A model generated the notes under the pieces. That model worked only from the letters and a program-made list of their open reading frames with translations. It was not told the origin of the DNA and made no database searches. From Reclinomonas americana ATCC 50394 (Eukaryota), in assembly GCA_048213135.1 (NCBI GenBank), contig PS015221.1, positions 22,782 through 66,016 on the forward strand: DNA of 43,235 bases, in the 5' to 3' direction. How positions within the stretch are numbered: the stretch's first letter is position 1; every line of letters starts with the position of its first letter. The translations under genes were made by a program, and so were the position numbers. Of this stretch, positions 13,327 to 26,500 are shown piece by piece.

Positions 13327-15841
13327 TCAAAGCTGGATGTCGAAGACGCCGGCAGCAACGAGTGTGCTCGCGGCATATGCACACGTCTCCGCATCGCGGC
13401 TCACGTCGTTGTAGCGCAGATCAAGAAATCGCAGCACGTGGCCGCCATTGAGCAGAAGTGAGTCGGTGAGACGCTGGACGGTGGTTGCACTTACGGCATT
13501 GTCTGCAGAACAGGCCGTGTGTGAGTCCAGCGCACGCAGTCACAAAAAAGAGAAGCGTGGTAACTTTGTACATCCAAATGCTGGAGTGTCTCATTGTGAC
13601 GCAGCGCCGAGACGAGGCCAGCACCACTCAGATCGTTGCCACGAGCGATGAGTGTCTTTAGCGCGCTGTCGTTCACCAGCAGTCGCACGAGGTTGTCGAA
13701 CGCTGCGTACTCCCGGCTTGAGTCACACCCTTCAACACGCGGATGAATGGGATGAGGATACCTGCAATCGAGTCCGGGTCCAGGATCATGCCGCTGATCT
13801 CCAGCACCTCCAGACTGCTGCTCCACACCACCGCCGTGCCCAGCATCTCCAGATCGTCCTCGTGGAGCCAGTTCTCTGTGTCGCGAGAATGAGAAAGGCG
13901 GAAAGACCGCCAACACGCGCCTCATGCACGCACCATTCAACTTGAGCGTGACCAGCGGCGATTCGCGCAGCGCCGCCCACGCCACAGACATGGCGTCAGG
14001 ATCCGGCTCGGCCACATTCATATTGTCGAGTGCTGTCTCTCAGAGGTCAGGACAGAGTGGGTGCGTTTGTGGCGTTCTGTGCGTGCGCGTTGCGCAACTC
14101 CACACGCGCGACAAGTCCAACGAGGTGAGTCGACACACCCCGTCGGAACTGATGGCATCGAAAATGGGGTCGAGTGACACCAGTGTCCCCGGAGCGCCGG
14201 CCACCGACAGCGAGCGCAACGAGGACGTTCGCCGAATCAGTTCGTTGGCCACCAGTTGCACGCCCTCCGTCGACCCCAACAGGCGGTGGCCGCCGACGCC
14301 AAAGTGCACCAGCTTGCGGTGTTCACGAACCACTGCCAGCAACGGTTGCAGCTCTCGTGGATCGAGCTGATTATCGGCAAACTCAAACGCGAGTAGTGGC
14401 AGAGCGCGACTCGCCGACATGCCCAGCTGCTCTGCCAGCGCCTCCACTGTGCGCTGAATGTCGGATGCGCGGGCCAGCGGCAGAGTGCCTGTGGCGAGGT
14501 CTCTCATTGTTCAGTATTTTTGTGGCACAACACGAAGAAACCGCCGAAGACACAGCGCACCCGACAGCGTGAGGTGCTGCGTCGTGCATGCGGGATCCGT
14601 GCACACGATTTGCATGAGGGCCACATGATCGTCTGCAAAAACACTGCGGATGAATAACGTAGCCACATAAAATGCTCCCAAACACACTTTTTCCGAACGC
14701 AACCAAGCGACAGAACCACACCGCCAATGGTCAGCGTGCGCAGCTGACACAGCAGGGCGCGTGAGGGCAGCGGACTACACGTGGCAGCATGCAGCACCGA
14801 CACTGGAGGTCGCTCAAAGCGGATGCACAGCGATCGGAGGGAAGTGGCGCCCGGCATCGCCTCCAGTGCACTCGCCCACCACCGCTGCGCAGTGGTCAGC
14901 GAACGCTCCACTCCACCGCCGCCACTACCACCGCCATGCCGCGCAGCTCGTCGCGCTTGCGACGCCTCCCACATGCGCACCGCGAGCATGGCACCACCAC
15001 CTGCACTCGCGTAGTCATCGTCGTCGTCGTCGTCGTCGTCATCATCAAAGTCGTCATCTTGCTGGCAAAAATCCTCGTCGCCGGCATCAAAGTCCCCCAG
15101 TTGTAGCAGCAGATCGTCGTCATCTGCATCTGCATCGCCACCATCCACACCCGGGCCACCAGCGCAGCCTAGCCACCAGTGCTGTGCGTCACGCATCTCC
15201 GGCGAACCGACACCCGGCGGAACAACTGTTGCGCATCGATCGGCATCAACACCAAGGCGCCCCGCACTCACGTCGCCCGACAACAACAACAACGCAACTC
15301 GCATCAATCTCCAGCGACTGCAACTGCGGTGCACGCGACAGCAACGCCGGCACGAACCACGACGCTGCACGACGACTCTTCTTGACCGGTGCCGTCACCT
15401 CCAGCCGAAAGCGATGCCACATGCGCACGGCCTCCTCCTCGCGAAGAAGCCGATGCAGCTGTTGGTACGTGCCAGCACGCAACGCCATTGTCACCTCGTG
15501 CAGGCCGCACACTGCGTGGAGTGTGGATTACACAGAGAGGCAGTCATGCATGCACAGACAACTCACTCTCGTGCGTACCAAACAGCGGCGCAACGCCGAC
15601 GCCGACGGTGACCACTGATCGCACATCTGCGGATGTCAGAAACGAGAACACATCTGTGCACGTTCGCTGTGAGACTGGGGGAAGAGAGAGAGAGAGAGAG
15701 AGCGGAGGGCGATGAGCGGAGAACGAAACTGTGCCACACCTCCTGCAATGTCGCAAACAGTGCAGTGAGAGTCAGGAGAGAGATGAGGTGCGGGAAGAGC
15801 AGCAACGCAACTGCAGGCAGAGGCAAGTCGACAAACCTCAT
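13327..15841 (-). CDS. F-box + RNI-like leucine-rich-repeat protein with internal poly-Asp tract
   Basis: The F-box LPA|EVWHN|VFSFLTSADV is rebuilt through a 13-nt micro-exon (15742-15730). LRR units include LRSLSVAG, LTSLDLS, LKTLIARGNDL, LQHLDVQ and LRFLDLRYNDV. TGA at 13327-13329. Confidence 0.8.
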
Positions 15842-16108
15842 CGATTCTCTCAGCTCGTGGCAACAACAAAGTCAGTGTCCTGTCACTCTCCTCTTCTTTT
15901 TGTTGNNNNNNNNNNNNNNNNNNNNNNNNNNNNNNNNNNNNNNNNNNNNNNNNNNNNNNNNNNNNNNNNNNNNNNNNNNNNNNNNNNNNNNNNNNNNNNN
16001 NNNNNNNNNNNNNNNNNNNNNNNNNNNNNNNNNNNNNNNNNNNNNNNNNNNNNNNNNNNNNNNNNNNNNNNNNNNNNNNNNNNNNNNNNNNNNNNNNNNN
16101 NNNNNNNN

Positions 16109-16358
16109 CACGCACACACAATCAATCACAATGTACATGTGCGCGTAGTGAGGCAGCAAAGGGACGCACCTCGGGTGTCGGACCCTTCAGTGAGGTCATC
16201 AAACCTGTGCATGTATGAGCAGAAGAGAGAGTGAGAAGAAGGGGGAGTGTGGTGTCGGGCACCTCACACTCACCATAGCCAATGGCGATCGGAGTGAAAA
16301 AGTAAAAGAGGCCGACGCCGATCTTGCCGCTGCGTGTGCGCACAGTGAAGCGACCCAT
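16109..16358 (-). CDS. Small single-pass membrane protein, 5' part only (continues into gap)
   Basis: MGRFTVRTRSGKIGVGLFYFFTPIAIGYG|LMTSLKGPTPE| with canonical GTGAGT/GTGCGT donors. Identity is not established. Confidence 0.4.
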
Positions 16359-16515
16359 GAGCGTTGGCAGCGATAGCTCCGTGCACCACACGATCGATTC
16401 CACGCGGAGATTGATTGATTGAGAGCTCGAGTGGGACAACTTTGTGATAACCATTCCCTCGCTTTTACTCTCACATCGCTTATTGGCATTCCCTGTGTAT
16501 GCCGTGGTGTGCCAT

Positions 16516-16964
16516 TCAATCGTCTTCACCGGGTCGGCACACCAGCACCTGCGCGCAAAAGTGTGAATTTCTCTCCACGAGCAACGTCGACGCACACCAG
16601 AAGATCGCCAACTCACCGAGCATGGTGCATGGCTGCTCACCACATACAGATATGAACCAAATACGCGCATCAGCAACACGAGAGCAAGACGCCGAGGTCG
16701 ATCACACTTCGAACAACGCAACTGCACAACGTACTCGGAAACGCTGCCGATCAAAGCTCGCTGGGAGACGATGAGCAACAGAAGATGCACAAAGGACCCC
16801 CCCGAGTGCCTACCTTTATTGCGCCCATTCCGCGCGATCCAATGACTGCAGAAGAGAATGAGGAAAAAAAGATGCTGCAGAAAGATGCGAAGGGCGACGA
16901 CGTAACTGATCATGTCGACGCGCTCGGCAGTCGCCAGCTCCACCAGTCCCTCTCGTGCCTTGCC
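16516..16964 (-). CDS. Universal stress protein (USP/UspA domain), C-terminal half
   Basis: Spliced GKAREGLVELATAERVDMI|IIGSRGMGAIK|RALIGSVSEYVVH|HAPCS|VLVCRPGEDD*, containing the USP ATP-binding signature G-x2-G-x9-G-S. It is invisible in the ORF track because the exons are tiny. Confidence 0.92.
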
Positions 16965-17226
16965 NNNNNNNNNNNNNNNNNNNNNNNNNNNNNNNNNNNN
17001 NNNNNNNNNNNNNNNNNNNNNNNNNNNNNNNNNNNNNNNNNNNNNNNNNNNNNNNNNNNNNNNNNNNNNNNNNNNNNNNNNNNNNNNNNNNNNNNNNNNN
17101 NNNNNNNNNNNNNNNNNNNNNNNNNNNNNNNNNNNNNNNNNNNNNNNNNNNNNNNNNNNNNNNNNNNNNNNNNNNNNNNNNNNNNNNNNNNNNNNNNNNN
17201 NNNNNNNNNNNNNNNNNNNNNNNNNN

Positions 17227-17393
17227 TGTTGCAGGAGCTGCGGAGAACGCAAACGGTGCACGGGCAGCAGCAGTCGCGTGTGAATCGTGAGAAGCTCGAC
17301 GAGTTGTTGTTCAGCGTCAAGAATCGCCAGGGATCACCTCCGTCGGCCACCACTTCTCCGCCTGCGTCCTCCACGGAAGGTGCCAACAAGTAA
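17227..17393 (+). CDS. Probable terminal exon of an unknown + strand gene mostly lost in the gap
   Basis: Open frame LQELRRTQ...NREKLDELLFSVKNR...GANK* followed by T-rich UTR-like sequence, convergent with the cyclase gene. Confidence 0.4.
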
Positions 17394-17569
17394 ACAAGAA
17401 AGGTACTGCTTGCGCTGCTTGTATGTTTGTTTTTTGATTGTTGTTTGGTTTATTATTCCATCCAGAGAGTGGCGGTGTGGTAATTGTGTGTGTGGTTGTT
17501 GTGTGGCACACGACGATGGTCGTGGCGAAAGATTGGTAGTTGTTGTTGTTGTTGTTGTGTGTCGCTCGA

Positions 17570-20500
17570 TCACACCGGACCGAGTCGTTTCTCAATGGCC
17601 GTGAGCAGCGCCATCCACTTGGCATTGCGCTTGACGCTGTCCATTCCCGGCCTCCATGGGTCCTCGCGCAGCTCCTGCAGCATGTCGCAGATCTCTGGTG
17701 TCTGGCGCTTCCACACGCGCTCCATCAGCTTGTCGTCGACTTCGACGAGCGCCAAGATCTCCTCCTTCTTGCCCTGCATTGGTGGTTTCTGTTTAGTCAA
17801 CACGCAAGCAAGCGAGAATAACTGTGGTGGCACTGTACCTTGCGCTCGGCCTGCTCACAGCGGAACTGGAAGGCGCACCACCACAGCGAGAGGCAGACGC
17901 AGACGCGAATCCATTCGCTGCCGAGCTCGCGCTCCGAACCGCATCGGTTGACGCCCTCCACCAGCGCTGTGTAGGCTCGCTCCCATTCTTGATCGGTGAA
18001 GGGGAACTCACGCCAGTCGCCGTCGCCCAAGTACGACGGATCCACTGAGCGCGTCAGTCGGCGGCACATGGCTCGACCCATGCGGCGAATGAGCATAATC
18101 CACGGCATCTGGTGGTCGTTGGCACGCCGCAAGAGCGCCAGCTGCGAGGACAGCACACTGATGGCAGTGGCCAGGCGCGCCTCACGCACGAGCACATCCG
18201 ACAGAGTGACAGCCACCCATGGTCCCATGGACTGTCTCCGCAGCGCCTCCATGTCGCTGAGCAAGTGCAAGAACACCTCGTTGACATCGCGACACAGGGC
18301 CAGCTCCTCTTCGGCAAACTGTTCGAGCATCTCGTCGGCAGTCGTCGAACCGACCGCCGAGACCGCAGAAGGCGGTCGCGGCATACCGCTGTCGTCCTCG
18401 CGATCGTCCTCGCCGCAGCTGCGCAGACGGTAGTACTCGCACAAATGGTAGTGATACAGACACAGTTTGCGGTAGGCGATCTTGTCGTGGAACTTGGCGT
18501 AGCGGAAACCGTCGACACTGAGGCGGCGCAGCAGAGACCAGTCGGCCAAGAACGAAAGCACGTAGCCACTGTAGCCGAAGAACAGCACGCGGCTCTCGGC
18601 ATGCGCAGAGGCGTCGGCCAAGGACCAGCTGCAATGCATAGCACGCGATGAGGAGCTCAGTACATAGAGGAGCAAATCAACAGCCACGGCAACGCACCTG
18701 ACACGGAAACAGCGGTCGGCCTCGGTGTACTTGCCGAGATGTGCGTACATCTTCGCCATGACGACATAGGTGGTGACGCCGAGGTCGGTACATCGCGGGT
18801 AGTGACGCATGGTGTTGCAGTGCTTGCGCTGATCGAACATGTGCTCAAAGTCCTCAAAGGCCTTGACTGCCGGCAGCGGGTCGCCCTTCATCGACATGTA
18901 CACAATATTCATGCTGTGCACACACATGAGGTGAGCATATGTCCACACACACACAAGCGACACAGACGGACACAAAGTCGATCTTACCGGCAGTAGTCGA
19001 CGCGGCGGAACTCGTCGCGAAGCTGTGGCTGCAGTTCGACAATGCGCTCCCAGAGCGCATCGCACTCGGCAATCTTGCGCTCCCCCGACTCGGTCTGCAT
19101 CTCCAACTCCATGAGCGTGCACAGCAAGTCGAACAGCAGATCGTGGTACAAGTCTCCGCCGAGCTGCACAAGCAACACACAATCAGGAAACAGCGAAAAA
19201 GGCCGATGTAAGCAAGTCAAGGACATTGTACCTCGCGGTTGGTCTCCAGCATGTCAATGGCACTGTTGAGCTGTGTGCGCGTCTCGACCTCACTGTCGGC
19301 CAGTTGCACCATAGAGAAGGAGCAGAGCTTGAGGAAGTGGAAACGGTACTCGAGCATGGCGGGGCATGCGACTGCGACGACAGGTGTGGTGAGCGCACAA
19401 AACGACAACCACATCGTGCGTGATGCGTCGTCAAAAACCTTCGCCTCCAAAGTTCTCCATCAGGTGGAGTCCTCGTCGCAACACAGACACGGCCATGCGG
19501 TGCTTGGAGGTTGCCGCCAGCGTGCATGCGTACTGGTAGACAAACATGAGGCCTTCGACAAGCTGCGTCAGGCGGTCGGCATCTGCTCCACAACACACGT
19601 GAGAAGAACGTTTTTCCACAACTTGATTCGGCTATTAGTGCGGCGCAACTCTTGGCCAGTGGCGTGGCCGCGCGACCGGCAGTGTACAGGTACGAAGTCA
19701 CCACATCCGACAAGCCCTGCAGCGAGTGGTGTGCCAGACGCGCCACGACATTGTCGTACTTGGGGTCGTAGCGGTCGAACCATGATGTCGGCACAAACTG
19801 TGCACCACAAGACCTAATTAAGAGACGCACGTGAACACACGAGCAGGCAGTGGTGCGACGAAACGGGCAGTTTGCCAATGTAGTACTCGTACAACAGGCG
19901 GTGACATTGGCCTCGGTGAGATGGCAAGATCTGGTGATACAAGGCCCAGGCCGTGGTCGTGTTGCGGAAACGGAACGAATACTCGACCTGCACACCGATA
20001 CAGTCAGTTGTGGCACCGCGACACCACACATCACTGACAGACTCGACACAGACCTCGGGTGCACGGTGCAGTCCGGCTCGCTGCAGTTGTGCTCGGCGGT
20101 GCTGGAAGGCTGCGTGGATGCTCGGAGTCTCCAGCGCTTTCACAGGCAAGCTAACGCCAGTCGGGAGAGACAAATGCAGCAACGAGTCTTCGGTCTCCTC
20201 GACAGTTGCCGCTGTTGTTGTGGACGAGTAGCGCACGAGGATGTTGAGGCCGAGAGCGCGGTCAAGAATGGCGTACACGTCGAGCACGGAGATGTCAGCG
20301 CGTGGTACCATGGCCACTACAATCTCGTGCAGTACGGCCGCCGGAATGTGCTCGTCGAACACCGTGGCTATCCCCAGACACACAGAGTGAGTACTGTGCG
20401 TGCGCATTATCCTCTGTGTGCTGCTGCAAACTTACCGAGCCGCAATACGTCCTGTTCAATCGCCGGCAACTCCAGCAGAGTGTCCTCCACGGCGCTGGAG

Positions 20501-23500
20501 ATGCGCTCGGAAATACTGGCCAGTGTGCGAAAATCGCGTCGCGAGTACTATGGAGTGGTGAGGTGAGTGTTGTCGCTCAGCGAACCACAAAATCTCTCTC
20601 TCTCTCTCTCTCCCCACCTTGATAACATCGTTCTCGACAACAACGATTTTCTCGTCGCGCAGAACAGAGGCCAGCTGCATCATGCGTCCCGGCCATCCCA
20701 GCGAATGGCGCCAAATCTCAGCAAACACCTTCGCATGTACACGCATGTGTCAACAAGCGATCTCCAACTTAAACTCTCGTAGCGCGTGAGCAAATAGTGA
20801 CTGACCTCGTATGACACCTCGCTGGCGACGAAGAACTCGAGGAGGAACTGCCGCACGTTGGCCTCGCTCATTGCCGACAGGTGGACGGCCTGCAGTTAGT
20901 TATTTGAGGAGATGAGAAAACAGGATGAACGGCAAGAGAGACTCTCTTGCCGCAACAGACACAAACCGTCAACTTAATGCCGGCTGCCGCACGCGGTGGG
21001 AGGTCCAGCATGCGGCGCACTTCCATATTGAGGTCCTCGGCGCGCATGGGAACGGCGTACGGAACGCGCACGGTGCCAAGCACCAGGAACGGGAGTCGTC
21101 GCATACGCGGCGGGAACTTGGCCACTCGTGCACGAGCGTAGCTAAAGGAGACAAAGTGCTGCAGAAGTGTGCGAGAGGCCTCGTCCAAATTGTGCGCGTT
21201 TTCCACCGACAGCAGCACGTAGCCAGGTTGAATGCCTGCGTTGCTTGCACGTCAGTATGCACAACAGCATCGAGCCCCGTGTGTACAAGTCACGCACCCC
21301 ATAATCGCTTTGCCAACTCGTCCATGAGGATGACACACAGCTCGAAGCGCTTGACGTCCAGCATTTGATTGTCCGGCAGCGGGTCGGTAAAGTTGAGCTC
21401 CAACAGTGGGTTGAGGAGGGCGGCCCAGGCCTTCAGATTGAGATTGCGCAGCACCTTTTGGACCAGTGCAGCCTCTGCGCCTGGGGCAGAGCCCGACGAG
21501 CGGCCGCGCGATCTATCGACATTGATCCCGTGTAAGGAAAATGACCACACCGAGACTGGGAAGAGTCCACGACTTTTGGCGTGTACGCAACTGGCTCTTG
21601 GGACGGGCGTTGAGCAGTTCCCAGAATCCACGCTTCCACGCCGAGAATGCCTCTCCAGCACCAATGAGACTGCCGTTGCACACCACCAGTGGGCACTGTG
21701 TGCGTGATTACGACGATGATGGGCGTCAGCAGTGAAAATAGAGGCACACAATTCAGTTGCATGTCAACAACACATACCACGTCTGGGGAGCGCCGGCGAC
21801 GACGCGCTTTTGCGGACAGAATTCGGCGCATGGTCGTCTGCAGGCCGCTGCCCATTGGACCCGCCAACACAAGCATTCTTCCCGGAATCTGGAGTTGCCA
21901 AAATTGTGCGCGTGAGCTTTTCTTAATCGCACTCCCCAGAAAGAAGGCAGTTTTCCTCACCGTCTCCATGGGCGATTCGCGTTGGAAGATCGACTGCCTT
22001 CTGACAGGTGTCTGGGGCATCGGTTGCTGTGCGGGCACCTAAGCAGTGAGCTACACGTTGACGCACTCTGCCTCTTTATCGTTGTCTCGAGTGGACTCAC
22101 CGGCGATACTGCGGGTGACGCGCCAGGCGACACGGGTGTCTCGGGCCGCATGGCGCCGAAATCACTCATATCAGTCGACAGACGCCGCAAACCAGACGGC
22201 GTCGGAGCCGTCAGTTCCTGTGCATCACTCTTTTCTCCCTCTGGTTCCTCCGCCGGCTGTGTGCGCACCATTCACCAAGTCAGCGACACAATCTGTCCAC
22301 TGCATTACTCAAACAGCGTGAACGAACCACTGATACGGCAAACACAGATGGTCGTCTGCGTGTGGCCGACGGACTGCGCGAGGTGTTGGTGGTGGCGGGA
22401 CTGTAGGGCTGACTGGAGTCGCCAGCACCATTGGACTGCAAGTGCGAGGGATTGGCGGCAATCTCCTTGATCGAGGCCACGGCGTCGTCGATGGCTTGGC
22501 GGATGTCCTCGCGACCAACTGCACAACATGGGTGCCGATGCGGTGAATAACCAACCGCTCCCGCACAATGTGCGTGCGATTCAAATATGTTACGAACCGT
22601 ACACCGACGATTGGCCGTCGTCGGCCTCCATGTCGCAGTTGAGTTGACGCCAGGCCGGCTCACGGTACTTGACGACTTGGTGACAGCTCACTGGAGTCTC
22701 CTTGCCTACAGAGATTGCCGATCACGGCAAGGTCAGAGGCACACCATGCGACGAAATTCGAGGGACGAGGGGCACCGCAAAAGACCTTTAAGTGTCACCA
22801 CCGTCGGTGTGTCGGAGAGCGTGTACTGAGAGTTGGCAATGGTGGGCTCCAGGAAGCAGCTCGCACTGCTGGCTTGGTCGCACAGCACCGGTAGCACGGA
22901 GAGTCGCCCTCCTGTTGTGTGTATGACAGTGAGTCTCACAACACGTGCCAGAGAGGGACGGTCTATTTCTCTCCTGCTTCAGTGATGTACCATGTTCAAC
23001 CGTGGGCCACAGGTAGCGCATTTTTGCCATGAGACGCGCGGCAGTGTTGACCACATCACCCAGCAACGTGAAGTCTTGGCGCAGAACCTCGACACCGACG
23101 CGACCAGTGTACGCAACACCCACACTGGAGGAAAAAAGAATGGAAAAAAGTACGTGAATGACCAGCACAGTGGATGGGGACAAGGAGGTGTCACACGACA
23201 AGCCCGCACCAGACACCAAGCGAAGATGGCATTGATTGCTTGCAGAACATATCGGCCAACTGCGCCGCGGCGTACACGGCACGCTGCTGGAAACCTGTTG
23301 TTTGTTTCGTACGCACATGCATGAGGACCGACTGTATGCTTCCGACGAGATCATGCCGGTACGCAACTGTCGCATGACTTGGGACTGAGGCCAAAGACAA
23401 GCAGTGCGCCGACGCCCTTCTCGTCCGCAAACACATTGGTGAGGACACCGTCCAGTGATTGCGCCACCTGCTGCGTCTTGCTGACGGCCCAGTGAATCTT

Positions 23501-26500
23501 GGAGGATCCACTGCGCATCATCTCCATGGTGGTGGGATCGTTGGTGTACGAGATGAAGACCACCGACACGTTGCGCAGCTCCGGCAGAATTGTGCCACTT
23601 CGCAGCATCATATCGGTGACGTACTTGGGCACCAGCGATGCCATGCAACTCCAAGCTTCCGGTGGGAAGACCTCAATCGGCAGCATGGTCTCGGTGTGCG
23701 CACTGAGCGCCAACGAGGCTCCGAGATCGGCGACGGCTTGCACCTGCAGGCGCCACGCCGACTGTTTCGGCTCCGGGAGTGGACACTCAGTCATGTCACC
23801 CAACCCGAAGCAGGCCGCCAGCTCTCTGTACCACGGAGCATGTGAGTATTTGTGAAACGCGCTCCTCACTTGCTGTGTGTGTATGTGGTGGTAAAAAATG
23901 TGGTACGCAACTTGCAATTGTTGGTTGCCGACCGGAGCATTGCGGCGGTCGTGTGACACAGCACAATGTCGCTGGAGCCGCACTCCTGCATGGCGTTCGC
24001 CAATGACTCGAAGGCGGCGCCACCACACACGTAGCGACACCGTCCACCAACACCACCGGCGATGCAGATGCTCAGTGGGCCGTAACCGATGCCTGGAAGA
24101 GAGAGACAGAGAGATAGAGAGGATGGAGTCAGCGCGCAAGGACAGTTGTTCGAGATTGGTGAAGCAAGCACACACTCACCCATGTGAATCAACAGCCGCA
24201 AATCGCCCACGCGATAGCTCGAAGCATACTGCATGAGTCGAGCGGTGCAGAGAGCAGCTCGTAGACTCGACACATTGGAGCCGTCGATTGAATGCAACGA
24301 TGCGGTGACCAGTTCCTTGCGGGCGTTGTCGTTCGGGTGCATGGCCGCCAGTTCCTGTCGCGCATACTCCTTGATCCTCTCAATGGCGATTGCGCGAGCC
24401 TCATCGTTCTCCTCGTCTGCAAAGAGCACCACCATCGCGTCGCCAACAAAGTACAGGACGTCGCCGCCGCACTCCTTGGTCACAATGTGGAGCAGCTTGG
24501 AGAAGTACTCGTTAATGATGACGACGAGCTGCTCCATTCCCTCCGAACCAAGTCCGCACAGCATCTCCGCCAGAGCAGTGAACCCTGCACAAACCACGAG
24601 TGTGAGGGCGTGCTGATCCAAGGCAGCTGCATGCACAATACACAAGCAACGGCACACAAACCGCTAATGTCCAGCAGCATGACACAGCCGACCACATCTC
24701 GGCTAAAGTCCATTCGCATTCCCCTGTCCTGGTTCTCTGTGACCTCCCGCAGCACCATTTCCTGTACAATGCGCGGCAGGAAGGCTCTGTGCGTGGGGGC
24801 GCGTTGCGCCTGCAGTGAGCTCACCACGCACACTCTCTCAGTGCTTTACATGGACAGACCTGGCGTCTGGCGAATCGCCATCTCCCATGAGCTGAACCTC
24901 GACAAGAGCAGAGCTGCCGGCCGCCAGCGGTGTCGACAGCACTTCTGGCGATGAACCGCGACTCCGTCGCTGCGATAAGCGCTTCGACTCGTGAGTCGAG
25001 TCGGAGGAGGCTGCTGTGGAAATCGACGGTCGCCGCATGTCGAGATTGGACGGACGGCGTCGCTCGTAGGCGGAAGCGCGGCGTGTCAACTTGCTGTCAC
25101 CGCCCGCATCGGCGACCACCACGGACTGACGACGGCTGTCCACCACAGACTGGCGGCGATTCATGCTCGGCGCACCGAGCGCCAGCGACGATCGACGACC
25201 CCTCCCTTCCTCAGCAAATGCTAATGACGGTCGCCGAGCACGACCACCTTCCTCGCCAGCAGGCATGCCCACCGCAAACGACGGTCGACGTGCCCTGCCT
25301 TCTTCGGCCTTGGGTGTGCCGGGAGCAAACGACGGTCGTCGAGCTCGTGCCTCCTCGACGACCGCAGCGGCACCGTGTGCGAACGACGGTCGGCGCACCA
25401 GTCCTTCGTCATCGTGTACCTGTTGCATGGGTCGTCGCATTGAACTGACCAGCAGAGGCTCACTGTAAAAGGCACACACAAAAAAGGACAGGAGCAGTGA
25501 GTGACGGAAAGGAACAGATGGACGAGGGTGGGTGGCGACGCACTCGTCGGTGCCGGAGGATTCGACTGACGTCAGTGTGGACTGGCCACTCTGTGAGCTG
25601 TCGTCGGCAGAGCTCGGACGCCGACCAAACACCTCAGCCGCCGCCGTTGAATCACTGAGCGACCGTCGATGTCTGTCTCGTGCAGGGAACAGCGCGTTAA
25701 CATGCAGACTGTTCCGTCGAGCACTCGAGCTATCCACAGCGGCGGTGGCGGCGGCGGCGGCCGCCGCCGCACTTGAGAGCAACTGTGAATCGTTGTTGCC
25801 GCCTGCGGCGGTGGTAGCTGCAGTAGCGGAAGGTGCGTGCAGGCTGCGAGTGCTGTCGTTGCTTGTAAGCACAGGTGTGCTGGAGCGGCCACTGCCCGGA
25901 GATCGTGGCGAGGGGCCCACCGAATTCGGCTCTGAGGCCGAAAAAGTCATCTTGGTGTCGCGCTGATCGGCAGACGACGCTCCGACCGCGTCGTTGCGAG
26001 CACGATCCGGGATCGCCATCTGCAGATCAATCGACAGCGACATGGTGCCGGCCGACTTATCCACCGAGTCCACCGTGATGCCCACGCCACCGGCGGAGGC
26101 TGGCGCCGTGAAATCCACATCGACCACTGACGAATGCAACACAATGCGCGGCGTAGGCCGCATGCTGCGCTTGCCCGCTGCCGCCGCTGCTGTCTCGTCC
26201 GTGTCCGACAGTACGAGAATGGGTGATGAGCGAGCAGACAGCGATCGCTCGACGCTGTTGGGCCGACTGGTCGGTGCGCTGCGACTGCTGCCACTCGCCT
26301 TGTCGCTCAGTGCCCGCAAGTATGCGAGACCGCGCTTCGCCGCCTGCGTCTTGTCCTCCTTTTGCGTGCGCGCTGACTGCGCCGACGACGGCTTGCTGCG
26401 AGTTGGTGAGTGCGACGGCTGTCGCTTTGCTCCGCGGAATCCACGACGCTGCTCGGCGGCTTTAGGCGGCAAGATGGTGGACGACGCACCAGCCGCGGCT

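Noticed and set aside
23130-23235. Possible GC-AG or other non-canonical introns (also at 7368 and 37628)
   Set aside because: A GT donor restoring the conserved motif was found in each case.
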